Source: an uncultured Burkholderiaceae bacterium (GTDB taxonomy: Bacteria > Pseudomonadota > Gammaproteobacteria > Burkholderiales > Burkholderiaceae). Taken from it: a DNA stretch of 57,924 bases. The notes below the pieces were generated by a model. The model had not been told where the DNA came from. It saw only the letters and a list, made by a program, of their open reading frames with translations, and made no database searches. The position numbers were made by a program, and so were the translations under genes. The stretch is from assembly GCA_937862845.1 (NCBI GenBank), contig CALMCK010000059.1, forward strand, positions 1 through 57,924, written 5' to 3'. This document shows, in pieces, positions 32,430-41,362 of the stretch; within the stretch, counting starts at the first letter, position 1; every line of letters begins with the position of its first letter.

Positions 32430-33584
32430 TCAAATATCGCGAACCACCCATGAATTGTTTTCTAAAACCAGCGCCCGATTGCAGATGAAATCTTCTTCTT
32501 GGTGGGCTTGCCCCGCCAAAGCCTCAATCACAATTTCGCCGCTCGCACGCAAAGTCTCAATCGCCGCACGCAAATCCGCATCCATCGCCCACGGTGCCGA
32601 GATGGCTTGTGTGGCAGGCAGGTTGGGCAACAGCTCGGTGATTTCGCGCAAATCTATTGAAAAACCCGTTGCAGGACGCGCACGGCCGAAGCGCTCACCA
32701 ATGTGATCATAACGACCACCGCGCGCCATCGCATTCGGCGCACCCGCGCAGTAAGCGGCAAACATCACGCCCGTGTGGTACTGATAACCCGCCAAATCGG
32801 CCAAGTCAAATTGCAGCACGCCGCTGGTGTCCAAGCTCGCCAGTACGGCCAACTCATCGAGCGCTTGCGTGATGTCGGGGTGATTCGGCAACACCGAACG
32901 GGCGCGCTCAATCACTTCCACACCACCGTACAAATCGAGTAAGGCCAACAATGCCGCGCCCGTCTCATCATCACATTGCGCCGTCAGCTCGCGCAACGCC
33001 GCCGTGTCTTTGCCCTGCAGCGCGCGGTACACCGCATCGGTGTTTTGACTCAAAGTGGGCGCGCGATCGAGCAACACACGCACAATCCGCGCATGTGAAA
33101 TATCCAAACGCAAACCGGGCACCTGACAAAAACGCAAAGACGCCAACAACAAACTCTGTATCTGCGCATCCGCTTCCAAGCCCGCATGACCATAAATCTC
33201 CGCACCAATTTGCATCGGTTCACGTGATGTCAACAAGCCATTCGCACGCGCATGAAACACGCTGCCGAAATAGCACAGTCGCGCCACGCCAGAACGGTTG
33301 AGCAAATGCGCATCAATGCGCGCCACCTGCGGTGTGATGTCGGCACGCACGGCCAAGGTTTTACCACTGCCCGCATCCGCCCATTTGACGGTGCGCAAAT
33401 CAAGATCGTCGTCCGCATCATCGAGCAACGCATCGGTGTACTCCACCAGCGGCGGCATCACCAATTCAAAGCCATGGCGCTGATACAAATCGAGCAAGCC
33501 TCGGCGCAGCGAATCGAGCATGCGTGCCTGGCGCGGCAATACATCGGAAATTTGGTCGGGCAAAACCCAAGCGTTATTAGTCAT
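32430..33584 (-). CDS. hisZ: ATP phosphoribosyltransferase regulatory subunit
   Basis: WVLPDQISDVLP, RADITPQVARIDAH, REPMQIGAE, ARGGRYD, RPATGFS; precedes purA. Confidence 0.95.
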   Translation of the reverse strand: MTNNAWVLPDQISDVLPRQARMLDSLRRGLLDLYQRHGFELVMPPLVEYTDALLDDADDDLDLRTVKWADAGSGKTLAVRADITPQVARIDAHLLNRSGVARLCYFGSVFHARANGLLTSREPMQIGAEIYGHAGLEADAQIQSLLLASLRFCQVPGLRLDISHARIVRVLLDRAPTLSQNTDAVYRALQGKDTAALRELTAQCDDETGAALLALLDLYGGVEVIERARSVLPNHPDITQALDELAVLASLDTSGVLQFDLADLAGYQYHTGVMFAAYCAGAPNAMARGGRYDHIGERFGRARPATGFSIDLREITELLPNLPATQAISAPWAMDADLRAAIETLRASGEIVIEALAGQAHQEEDFICNRALVLENNSWVVRDI

Positions 33585-33603
33585 TGTCAGTCTATCGTTT
33601 TAC

Positions 33604-33702
33604 AAATAAAAAACACGCCTGAACTGAAAAGTGTCGAAGGCGTGTTCAATCAGGACTCGCCACACATTCATGCGACTCGCCCTGCTTTTCAAAAGCATTT
33701 TA
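33604..33702 (-). promoter_or_regulatory. Structured 5' leader of hisZ-purA with a terminator-like hairpin
   Basis: TAAAAT -10 box (33697-33702, minus strand), then CAGG..CCTG stem, then AACACGCCT/AGGCGTGTT stem followed by TTTTATTT just before the hisZ start. Confidence 0.5.
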
Positions 33703-33798
33703 CTGGAAAAACCGCCAAAACTCACGTTTTTTATCGCCAATCACAGTATTATTCAGGACACTGCAACATCAATCGCCCACTTCATTTAAAGCACCACC

Positions 33799-34449
33799 AT
33801 GCAAATTTATCTCATCCCCGTCACACCTTTTCAACAAAGCTGCTCACTCATCGTCTGCAAAACCACACGCGATGCCGCCGTCGTCGACCCAGGTGGCGAC
33901 ATTGAACGCATATTAGAAACCATCAAGCAGGCCGACGCACAGGTCACGCAAATCCTACTCACCCACGGCCACCTCGACCACGCCGCAGGTGCGCCCGAGC
34001 TCGCCGCCGCGTTGGGCGATGTGCCCATCATCGGCCCGCACATTGACGATCAGTTTTGGCTCGACAGCCTGGACGAGCAATCCAAACGATTTGGCTTCGG
34101 CCACGCCCACGCATTTCACCCGACGCGCTGGCTCGATGAGACAGACACCGTGCAGATCGGCAACCATCAGCTCAACGTGATTCATTGCCCGGGGCACACA
34201 CCGGGACACGTGGTGTTTTACAGCGCAACACAAAAAATCGCATGGGTCGGCGATGTGATATTTCAAAACTCCATCGGCCGCACCGACTTCCCACGCGGCA
34301 ACCACGACGATCTCATCAGCAGCATTCAAAATAAATTATTCCCGCTCGGCGACGACGTGCAATTCGTCCCCGGTCACGGCGCCACCTCCAGCTTCGGCAT
34401 CGAGCGCACACACAATCCGCATTTAAAAATCACCAAAAAATACTCTTGA
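33799..34449 (+). CDS. MBL-fold metallo-hydrolase (YcbL/GloC-like)
   Basis: IPVTPFQQ, VVDPGG, THGHLDH, PGHTPGH, GDVIF..SIGRTDFP, PGHG. Confidence 0.92.
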   Translation: MQIYLIPVTPFQQSCSLIVCKTTRDAAVVDPGGDIERILETIKQADAQVTQILLTHGHLDHAAGAPELAAALGDVPIIGPHIDDQFWLDSLDEQSKRFGFGHAHAFHPTRWLDETDTVQIGNHQLNVIHCPGHTPGHVVFYSATQKIAWVGDVIFQNSIGRTDFPRGNHDDLISSIQNKLFPLGDDVQFVPGHGATSSFGIERTHNPHLKITKKYS

Positions 34450-34495
34450 TATTTGGCAAATTCCCCACCGAAAAAAACAGCACAACGTGCTGCAC

Positions 34496-34512
34496 TGCAC
34501 CACGTTAGTGCA
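34496..34512. promoter_or_regulatory. NtrC-like binding site
   Basis: TGCACCA-CGT-TAGTGCA, 17 bp, fits TGCACYA-N3-TRGTGCA. Confidence 0.55.
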
Positions 34513-34520
34513 ATTATTCA

Positions 34521-34548
34521 TTGACGCAACGATAAATTCGGTTATGAT
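34521..34548 (+). promoter_or_regulatory. Putative sigma70 promoter of the amino-acid ABC operon
   Basis: TTGACG-16 nt-TATGAT. Confidence 0.55.
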
Positions 34549-34628
34549 TTCACCTGATTGTCGCCCGATTGATTTCAATGAGCGCGCAACGCCTTTTTTC
34601 ACATTTTAAATTTATTCAGGAGATTTAC

Positions 34629-35477
34629 ATGACTCACCACTTAAAAGCTCTGGGCTTGTCTACCATCATGATTGCATTGATGGCCGCCTGCACACCCGCA
34701 CCTAAAAAAGACGCAGCACCCGCCACCGATGCCGCAACACCGACGGCCACTGCGACGCCTGCCGCACCATTGAAAATCCGTTTTGGCACGGATGCTTCGT
34801 ACGCACCGTTTGAGTCAAAAAATGCAGCGGGCGAAATCGTCGGCTTTGACATCGATTTGGGCAAAGCCATCTGCGCTGAAATCAAAGCGGAATGCACATT
34901 CCAAGACCAAGCATGGGACGGCATTATTCCCGCCCTCGAATCAAAACAGTATGATGCGATTTTATCGTCTATGAGCATCACTGCCGAGCGCAAAGAGAAA
35001 GTAAATTTCTCTCAAAAACTGTGGAACGCACCCAACGCGTTTTTGGGCAAAGCAGGCACAGCATTCGAAGCCACTGACGCTGGCTTGACAGGCAAAACCA
35101 TCGCGGTACAAAAAGGCACCCTCCAAGAAACCTACGCCAAAGAAGTTTATAAAGGCGCAAAAGTCAAAAGCTACGGCACGATTGAACAAGCCTACACTGA
35201 TTTGACGGCCAACCGTGCCGACGTGGTGTTCGCCGATGGCGTGGTGGTTTCTGATGGTTTCTTGAAAACGCCTAAAGGCAAAGGCTACGCTGTTTTGGCC
35301 GAAGTGCCCTCAAGTGCCAACGTCACCATTTTGGGTGAAGGCACTGGCATCGCCGTTCGTAAAGACGACGCCGAATTATTGGCCGCTTTGAACAAAGGCA
35401 TTGAAGCCATTCGTGCCAACGGTCAGTATAAAACCATCGCTGATAAATACTTCGATTTTGACATCTACGGTAAGTAA
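34629..35477 (+). CDS. Basic amino acid ABC transporter substrate-binding lipoprotein (ArgT/HisJ/AotJ-like)
   Basis: Lipobox LMAAC; GTDASYAPFE, GFDIDLG, WDGIIPAL, SSMSITAERK, KYFDFDIYG. Confidence 0.92.
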   Translation: MTHHLKALGLSTIMIALMAACTPAPKKDAAPATDAATPTATATPAAPLKIRFGTDASYAPFESKNAAGEIVGFDIDLGKAICAEIKAECTFQDQAWDGIIPALESKQYDAILSSMSITAERKEKVNFSQKLWNAPNAFLGKAGTAFEATDAGLTGKTIAVQKGTLQETYAKEVYKGAKVKSYGTIEQAYTDLTANRADVVFADGVVVSDGFLKTPKGKGYAVLAEVPSSANVTILGEGTGIAVRKDDAELLAALNKGIEAIRANGQYKTIADKYFDFDIYGK

Positions 35478-35491
35478 GCCAAGCCTCTAAA

Positions 35492-35529
35492 AAACAATGC
35501 CCGCCTAACGATGTTTGCGGGCATTGTTT
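35492..35529 (+). terminator. Intercistronic hairpin after the binding-protein gene
   Basis: AAACAATGCCCGC / GCGGGCATTGTTT 13-bp stem. Confidence 0.65.
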
Positions 35530-35664
35530 CAACAACTTTTATGGATTGGGCGCTTGCATTCAGGCAAAAATAAACCTTAAGCACGGAGCGAAAACTCGCT
35601 TCACAACAATGTTTGCCTGAATAGAATCGCCCCTATTTTCAACCCCACACTTGAGGAGCACACC

Positions 35665-36375
35665 ATGGTTTCAGGTTTTGAAGTCGTGCTGCCCTATCTG
35701 CCACGCATACTGAAAGGCGCCCTTCTGACCGTCGAGCTGGCCGTTCTTTCCACAGCATTGGCCATCATTTATGGCTTAATCGGCGCCCTGATGAAAACCT
35801 CAGAGAGCCGCGTTGCCCGCGCCATTGCCAGTTTATATTCCACCATTGTGCGCGGCATTCCTGAGCTGGTGTGGATACTGTTCATCTTCTTTGGTTTGAA
35901 GTTTTCTGTTCAAAACATCGCCGACCAGCTTGAGGTCGTCCCAGTCAACATCAGCCCATTCATTGCCGGCTCTCTGACGCTGGCCTTCATCTATGGCGCT
36001 TATTTCACAGAAACTTTTCGCGGTGCGATGCTCGCCATCCCTGCAGGACAACTTGAAACAGGGCGCGCTTACGGCATGAACGGCAGGCAAGTCTTCTCTC
36101 GCATCACCTTTCCCCAACTCATGCGTTATGCTTTACCGGGCATCCGCAACAACTGGCTGGTGCTGGTCAAGGCCACCGCGATTGTGTCGGTCATCGGCTT
36201 GGACGACATGACGCGCATCGCCCAGCAAAGTGGTGCAAGCGTGGGTGCATCGTTCGTGTTTAATTGCACATCGGCCATTTTATTCCTCATCATCACCTCG
36301 ATTTCTTTCACAGTTTTCCGCCGTCTAGAAAAAACTTACAATCGCGGTTTAAAGGGGTTCAACTATGGAAAGTAA
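35665..36375 (+). CDS. Amino acid ABC permease (HisQ/AotQ-like)
   Basis: RGIPELV, YGAYFTETFRGA, GQLETGRAYG, LVKATA. Confidence 0.92.
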   Translation: MVSGFEVVLPYLPRILKGALLTVELAVLSTALAIIYGLIGALMKTSESRVARAIASLYSTIVRGIPELVWILFIFFGLKFSVQNIADQLEVVPVNISPFIAGSLTLAFIYGAYFTETFRGAMLAIPAGQLETGRAYGMNGRQVFSRITFPQLMRYALPGIRNNWLVLVKATAIVSVIGLDDMTRIAQQSGASVGASFVFNCTSAILFLIITSISFTVFRRLEKTYNRGLKGFNYGK

Positions 36376-37075
36376 ATTTTTCTCACAGCTGATCGAAGCG
36401 CTCAAGCTGTGCATCGATGGTTTACCTGAAACCCTGATGCTGACTTTTTCATCGGTGATTGCTGGCTTTATGATTGCCATCATTCTCTCGATTCCACGCG
36501 CCAATAAAAACTCGTTGGGCGGGCGCTCGGTCGGCATGTTCACCTACGTCTTCACTGGCACGCCCTTGCTGGTGCAGCTGTACATCATTTACTACGGCCT
36601 GCCAGAATTCAGCTGGGTCCAAGACTTACAAGAGGTCAAAGGTTTTGAGTTCATGAAAGGCGGCTTCTTCTGGGCTTGGCTGGCTTTTACGCTGAACACA
36701 GCGGCATACAGCACGGAGATTTTCGCTGGCGCCATTCGCAACACGCCCAATGGCGACATTGAAACGGCCACGGCCTATGGCATGGGCCGCAGTCAGCTGA
36801 TGCGCCATGTCGTCATGCCCTCAAGTCTGCGCCGCGCCCTGCCTGCTTACAGCAATGAAATCATCATGATGATGCACGGCACCTCGCTCGCCTCATTGGT
36901 CACGCTCATGGAAGTGATGGGGCAAACCAGCTCGTACTACTCTCGCACGTATGAGTTGTTCCCTGCATTCACGGCAGCAGGGATTGTGTATCTGAGCCTG
37001 ACTTTGATTTTTGTTTTTTGTTTCCGACAACTTGAGAAACGCTATCTGTCTCACCTCAAAAGAAGCGCCCACTAA
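36365..37075 (+). CDS. Amino acid ABC permease (HisM/AotM-like)
   Basis: GTPLLVQLYIIYYG, LNTAAYSTE, RRALPAYSNE. Confidence 0.92.
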   Translation: MESKFFSQLIEALKLCIDGLPETLMLTFSSVIAGFMIAIILSIPRANKNSLGGRSVGMFTYVFTGTPLLVQLYIIYYGLPEFSWVQDLQEVKGFEFMKGGFFWAWLAFTLNTAAYSTEIFAGAIRNTPNGDIETATAYGMGRSQLMRHVVMPSSLRRALPAYSNEIIMMMHGTSLASLVTLMEVMGQTSSYYSRTYELFPAFTAAGIVYLSLTLIFVFCFRQLEKRYLSHLKRSAH

Positions 37076-37077
37076 TC

Positions 37078-38196
37078 ATGCGTACAGAAACCATACCCCT
37101 ACCCAGCGCCAGCATTGGTCAATCATTTGAGCTGACCGCACTGCACTTTGGCGACGAGACCGCGAGCCGCAAAGTTTACATTCAAGCGAGTTTACACGCC
37201 GATGAGTTGCCCGGTGCTTTGGTGTGCCATCACTTGCGCACGCGCTTGGCCGCGCTGTCTGAGCACATCACATCACACATCATCGTGGTGCCGATGGCCA
37301 ATCCCATCGGACTGGCGCAGCAGTTATTGCACACACCGCAGGGGCGTTTTGAGCTGGGCACGGGGCAAAACTTCAATCGTCTGGGCGAATTGAGCCTGCT
37401 CGGTTTGACCCTGCGCGAGCTCGAATCGTCTAACACTTTGCTCGGCGCCGATGCCGAAGTCAACACCGCGCTCATCCGCGCAGCGATGCAGCGCGCCCTG
37501 GCCAAACACGAGTGCGGTACTCAGCTCGAGGCCATGCATTTGGCTTTATTAAAGCTGGCGTTTGATGCCGATGTGGTGATTGATTTACATTGCGACTGGC
37601 GTGCGGTCATGCACGTCTACACCACGCCTGAAGGCTGGCGCGCGATTGAACCATTGGCGCGTTATCTGGGCAGCGAGTGCCAGCTCATCGCAAACGACTC
37701 TGGCTGCAACCCTTTTGATGAAGCGCTCTCGACGGTCTGGATGCAGCTGGCCCATCGTTTCACCGACGCCAACATCACCGCCGCCTGCTCGACCACCACA
37801 GTCGAGTTGCGTGGTCAAGCCGATGTCACACACGAGCACGCCACTCAAGACGCCGATGCCATCATCGAATACCTCAAGCACGAAAACCACATCGCACTGC
37901 CCGCCGCACCTGCCCCTGCGTTACTCAATGACATCTCACCGCTCAACGGCGTGGCGCGCGTGGCAGCACCGTGCGGCGGCGTGGTGGTCTATCACGTCAC
38001 CGCAGGCGACCGAGTCACCGCAGGACAATTGATTGCCGAAGTCATCAATCCCGTTGCACACGAGGCCACAGCCATTCACAGCACGATTGACGGCTTTGTA
38101 TATGCATGCGGCCTGTCTCGATACACCAAGCTCGGCGACGCCATCATGTCAATTTCGGGTCATAAAGACCTTGGCCACGCCACGCTCTCCGCATAA
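37078..38196 (+). CDS. Succinylglutamate desuccinylase/aspartoacylase family protein (AotO-like)
   Basis: QASLHADELPG, VPMANPIG, NFNR, DLHCD, TVELRG zinc-peptidase motifs. Confidence 0.88.
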   Translation: MRTETIPLPSASIGQSFELTALHFGDETASRKVYIQASLHADELPGALVCHHLRTRLAALSEHITSHIIVVPMANPIGLAQQLLHTPQGRFELGTGQNFNRLGELSLLGLTLRELESSNTLLGADAEVNTALIRAAMQRALAKHECGTQLEAMHLALLKLAFDADVVIDLHCDWRAVMHVYTTPEGWRAIEPLARYLGSECQLIANDSGCNPFDEALSTVWMQLAHRFTDANITAACSTTTVELRGQADVTHEHATQDADAIIEYLKHENHIALPAAPAPALLNDISPLNGVARVAAPCGGVVVYHVTAGDRVTAGQLIAEVINPVAHEATAIHSTIDGFVYACGLSRYTKLGDAIMSISGHKDLGHATLSA

Positions 38197-38218
38197 ATAT
38201 TCACCACAGAGGTCTATC

Positions 38219-38983
38219 ATGGATGCATTAACCATCAGCAACATTCATAAAAAATTCGGCGACAAAGAAGTCCTGCGCGGCATTTCGCTGTCCGCCCAAG
38301 CAGGTGACGTCATCAGCATCATCGGCTCGAGCGGATCGGGCAAGAGCACGTTTTTACGTTGCATGAATTTGCTCGAGCACCCGAATCAAGGCAGCATCGC
38401 CCTCAAAGGCGAAGCGCTCAAACTGCAAGCCGACAAATACGGCGAGCTGCATGCGAGCGACACCAAACAATTGCAACGCTTTCGCACGCGACTGGCGATG
38501 GTGTTTCAGCATTTTAATTTATGGTCGCACATGACCGTGATGGAAAACCTCAAAGAAGCACCGATGCGCGTGCTCGGCATTTCAAGTGCCGAAGCGCAAG
38601 CACGCGCTGAAAAATACCTCAGCAAAGTCGGCCTTAAAAACGTCGAAAACGCATACCCCATCGCGCTGTCAGGCGGCCAACAACAACGTGTCGCCATCGC
38701 CCGTGCACTGGCGATGGAACCCGAAGTGCTGTTGTTTGACGAGCCGACTTCTGCGCTCGACCCTGAACTGGTCAATGAAGTCTTAAAAGTCATGCGCGAC
38801 TTGGCGGACGAAGGTAGCACCATGATTGTCGTCACGCATGAAAAGGGCTTCGCTCATGAGGTGTCCAACAAATTGGTTTTTTTACACCAAAGTCAAATTG
38901 AGGAACAAGGCGACCCGCGTGAGGTGCTCACTCATCCCAAGTCTGAACGATTGCAGCAATTTTTATCGGGCAACTTAAAATAA
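38219..38983 (+). CDS. Amino acid ABC ATP-binding protein (HisP/AotP-like)
   Basis: GSSGSGKST, LSGGQQQRV, LFDEPTSALDPE. Start at ATG 38219 after GAGG. Confidence 0.95.
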   Translation: MDALTISNIHKKFGDKEVLRGISLSAQAGDVISIIGSSGSGKSTFLRCMNLLEHPNQGSIALKGEALKLQADKYGELHASDTKQLQRFRTRLAMVFQHFNLWSHMTVMENLKEAPMRVLGISSAEAQARAEKYLSKVGLKNVENAYPIALSGGQQQRVAIARALAMEPEVLLFDEPTSALDPELVNEVLKVMRDLADEGSTMIVVTHEKGFAHEVSNKLVFLHQSQIEEQGDPREVLTHPKSERLQQFLSGNLK

Positions 38984-38985
38984 GA

Positions 38986-39020
38986 ATGTAAAATGCGCAC
39001 TTAAGGTGCGCATTTTACAT
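38986..39020. terminator. 15-bp perfect hairpin between the ABC operon and the decarboxylase
   Basis: ATGTAAAATGCGCAC-TTAAG-GTGCGCATTTTACAT. Confidence 0.65.
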
Positions 39021-39052
39021 GGCCACCACCGCCACACATCGAGGAGCTTTGT

Positions 39053-41311
39053 ATGAATTTTCAATTTCCCATCATCATTGTCGATAAAGACTTTAACACG
39101 GATAACATCGCCGGCACTGGCATGCGTGCGTTGGCCGATGCGATTAAAACCCTCGGCACAGAGGTTTTGGCCGTGACCCAAGCGCGCGATTTCATCGGAC
39201 TCGCGCAGCAAGCCGCACGGGCGAGCGCCTTTATCGTGTCGGTCGATGAACCAGAAAACGGCGAACACCCGCACGAGGACATGGCCGCGCAGTCAGTGCG
39301 CGATTTGCGCAGTTTGGTGACAGAAATCCGCCACCGCAACGCCGACATTCCTTTGTTTCTCTATGGCCGCACACACACGGCACGACACTTGCCGATTGAC
39401 ATCACGCGCGAAATGCATGGTTTCATTCACATGTTTGAGGACACCAATGAGTTCATGGCTCGCCATATTTTGCGTGAGGCTCAAGCGTATGTCGATGGTT
39501 TGTTTCCACCTTTTTTTGGCAAGCTGTGCAAATACGCGCAAAACTCTTCTTACTCATGGCATGCACCCGGCCACTCGGGTGGTGTGGCTTTTTTAAAAAG
39601 CCCTGTCGGTCAATTGTTCCATCAATTTTTTGGCGAAAACATGCTGCGCGCTGACGTGTGCAATGCCGTTGAAGAGCTCGGCCAACCGCTGCAACACACG
39701 GGTTCCGTGCGTGAGTCTGAGGACAATGCCGCGCGGATTTTTAAAGCGGACCATTGTTTCTTTGTCACCAACGGCACATCGACATCCAACAAAATGGTTT
39801 GGCATGCGAATGTCGCACCGAATGACATCGTCATCGTCGATCGCAATTGCCACAAGTCCAGCCTGCACGCCATCGTCATGACGGGCGCGATTCCCGTGTT
39901 TCTCACGCCAACGCGCAATATGTACGGCATCATCGGCCCCATTCCCAAATCTGAGTTTTTGATGGAAACCATACAGCGCAAAATCGACGCCCATCCCTTC
40001 ATCGAGGACAAAACCGCGAAACCACGTTTTTTTGTGCTGACCCAATGCACCTACGATGGCGTGATGTACAACGCGCAGACCATTAAAAAAATGCTCGATG
40101 GTCAAGTCGAAACATTGATGTTCGATGAAGCATGGATGCCGCACGCCTACTTCCATCCGTTTTACGAAAACTACTACGCCATCAATGGCGAGTCTGGCCG
40201 CACCCAAAAGTCAACAGTGTTCGCCACACAGTCCACCCACAAACTGCTCGCTGCGCTCTCGCAAGCCTCGCAGATTCTCGTGCAAGACGCCGTCGAGCAA
40301 CCACTCGATCGCCACCGCTTCAATGATGCCTTCCTCATGCACACATCGACCAGCCCACAATATGCCATCATCGCATCGTGTGATGTCGCCGCGGCCATGA
40401 TGGATGGTGCGGGCGGTGAAGCACTCACAGAGGACAGCTTGATAGAGGCGATGGACTTTCGCCATGCCATGCGCAAAGCCGCTGAAGAATACGCCGATGC
40501 ATGGTGGTTTACAGTTTGGGGGCCTGACACACCACTGCCCGAGCAAGGCATTGGTCAGCAAGCCGATTGGGCGATTATGCCCAATGATCGCTGGCATGGT
40601 TTCAAAGGCATTGAGCAAGACATGAATATTCTTGATCCAATCAAGACCACCATTCTCATGCCTGGCCTCGACATCGACGGCGTGTTTGGCGACATGGGCA
40701 TTCCCGCCACGCTGGTCGCCAACTACCTCGCCGACTACGGCATCATCATCGAAAAAGTCGGTCTGTACTCGTTGTTTTTGATTTTCAACATCGGCACGAC
40801 CAAAGGCAAGTGGAATACTTTACTCACCGAGTTGCAACAGTTCAAAGACATCTACGATGACAACAAACCACTGGCCAAAGTATTTCCAGAATTCATTAAA
40901 GAAAACCCCTGCTATGCCAAACTGGGCATGAAAGATTTGTGCCAACAGATTCACGAAGCCTATAAAACACATGACATCGCCCGCATTCAGCACGACATGT
41001 ACATCGCCCCAGTCATCCCCGCCATGCGCCCCGCCGACGCATGGGCCAAAATGGCGCGCCGCCAATACACGCGTGTCAATGTGCTCGATTTAACTGAAGA
41101 GCACATCACCGGCTCTCTGATCACGCCTTACCCACCGGGGATTCCGTTGTTGGTGCCGGGGGAGAAGTTCAACCGTTTGATTATTGACTTCCTGCACTTT
41201 GCATTGGCATTTAACAGCAAATTCCCAGGCTTTGAACAAGACGTGCATGGCTTAATTAAAATGCAGGTCGATGGCGTCACCACCTACTTTATCGATTGCG
41301 TGGACGCGTGA
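39053..41311 (+). CDS. Orn/Lys/Arg decarboxylase (wing-domain type, LdcA/AdiA-like)
   Basis: WHAPGHSGG, VTNGTSTSNK, DRNCHKS, FDEAW, QSTHKLL (PLP lysine), PYPPGIP. Confidence 0.95.
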   Translation: MNFQFPIIIVDKDFNTDNIAGTGMRALADAIKTLGTEVLAVTQARDFIGLAQQAARASAFIVSVDEPENGEHPHEDMAAQSVRDLRSLVTEIRHRNADIPLFLYGRTHTARHLPIDITREMHGFIHMFEDTNEFMARHILREAQAYVDGLFPPFFGKLCKYAQNSSYSWHAPGHSGGVAFLKSPVGQLFHQFFGENMLRADVCNAVEELGQPLQHTGSVRESEDNAARIFKADHCFFVTNGTSTSNKMVWHANVAPNDIVIVDRNCHKSSLHAIVMTGAIPVFLTPTRNMYGIIGPIPKSEFLMETIQRKIDAHPFIEDKTAKPRFFVLTQCTYDGVMYNAQTIKKMLDGQVETLMFDEAWMPHAYFHPFYENYYAINGESGRTQKSTVFATQSTHKLLAALSQASQILVQDAVEQPLDRHRFNDAFLMHTSTSPQYAIIASCDVAAAMMDGAGGEALTEDSLIEAMDFRHAMRKAAEEYADAWWFTVWGPDTPLPEQGIGQQADWAIMPNDRWHGFKGIEQDMNILDPIKTTILMPGLDIDGVFGDMGIPATLVANYLADYGIIIEKVGLYSLFLIFNIGTTKGKWNTLLTELQQFKDIYDDNKPLAKVFPEFIKENPCYAKLGMKDLCQQIHEAYKTHDIARIQHDMYIAPVIPAMRPADAWAKMARRQYTRVNVLDLTEEHITGSLITPYPPGIPLLVPGEKFNRLIIDFLHFALAFNSKFPGFEQDVHGLIKMQVDGVTTYFIDCVDA

Positions 41312-41332
41312 CAATGTGATGGCAGTGCGCCC

Positions 41333-41362
41333 AAAAATGCCGCTCAAGTGAGCGGCATTTTT
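41333..41362. terminator. Bidirectional terminator
   Basis: AAAAATGCCGCTCA-AG-TGAGCGGCATTTTT between convergent genes. Confidence 0.88.

Noticed and set aside
33600-33700. Histidine leader peptide or PyrR binding loop upstream of hisZ
   Set aside because: The short ORF has one His codon, and AGTCCTG is not followed by the GAGG part of the PyrR consensus. The structure itself is kept as a finding.
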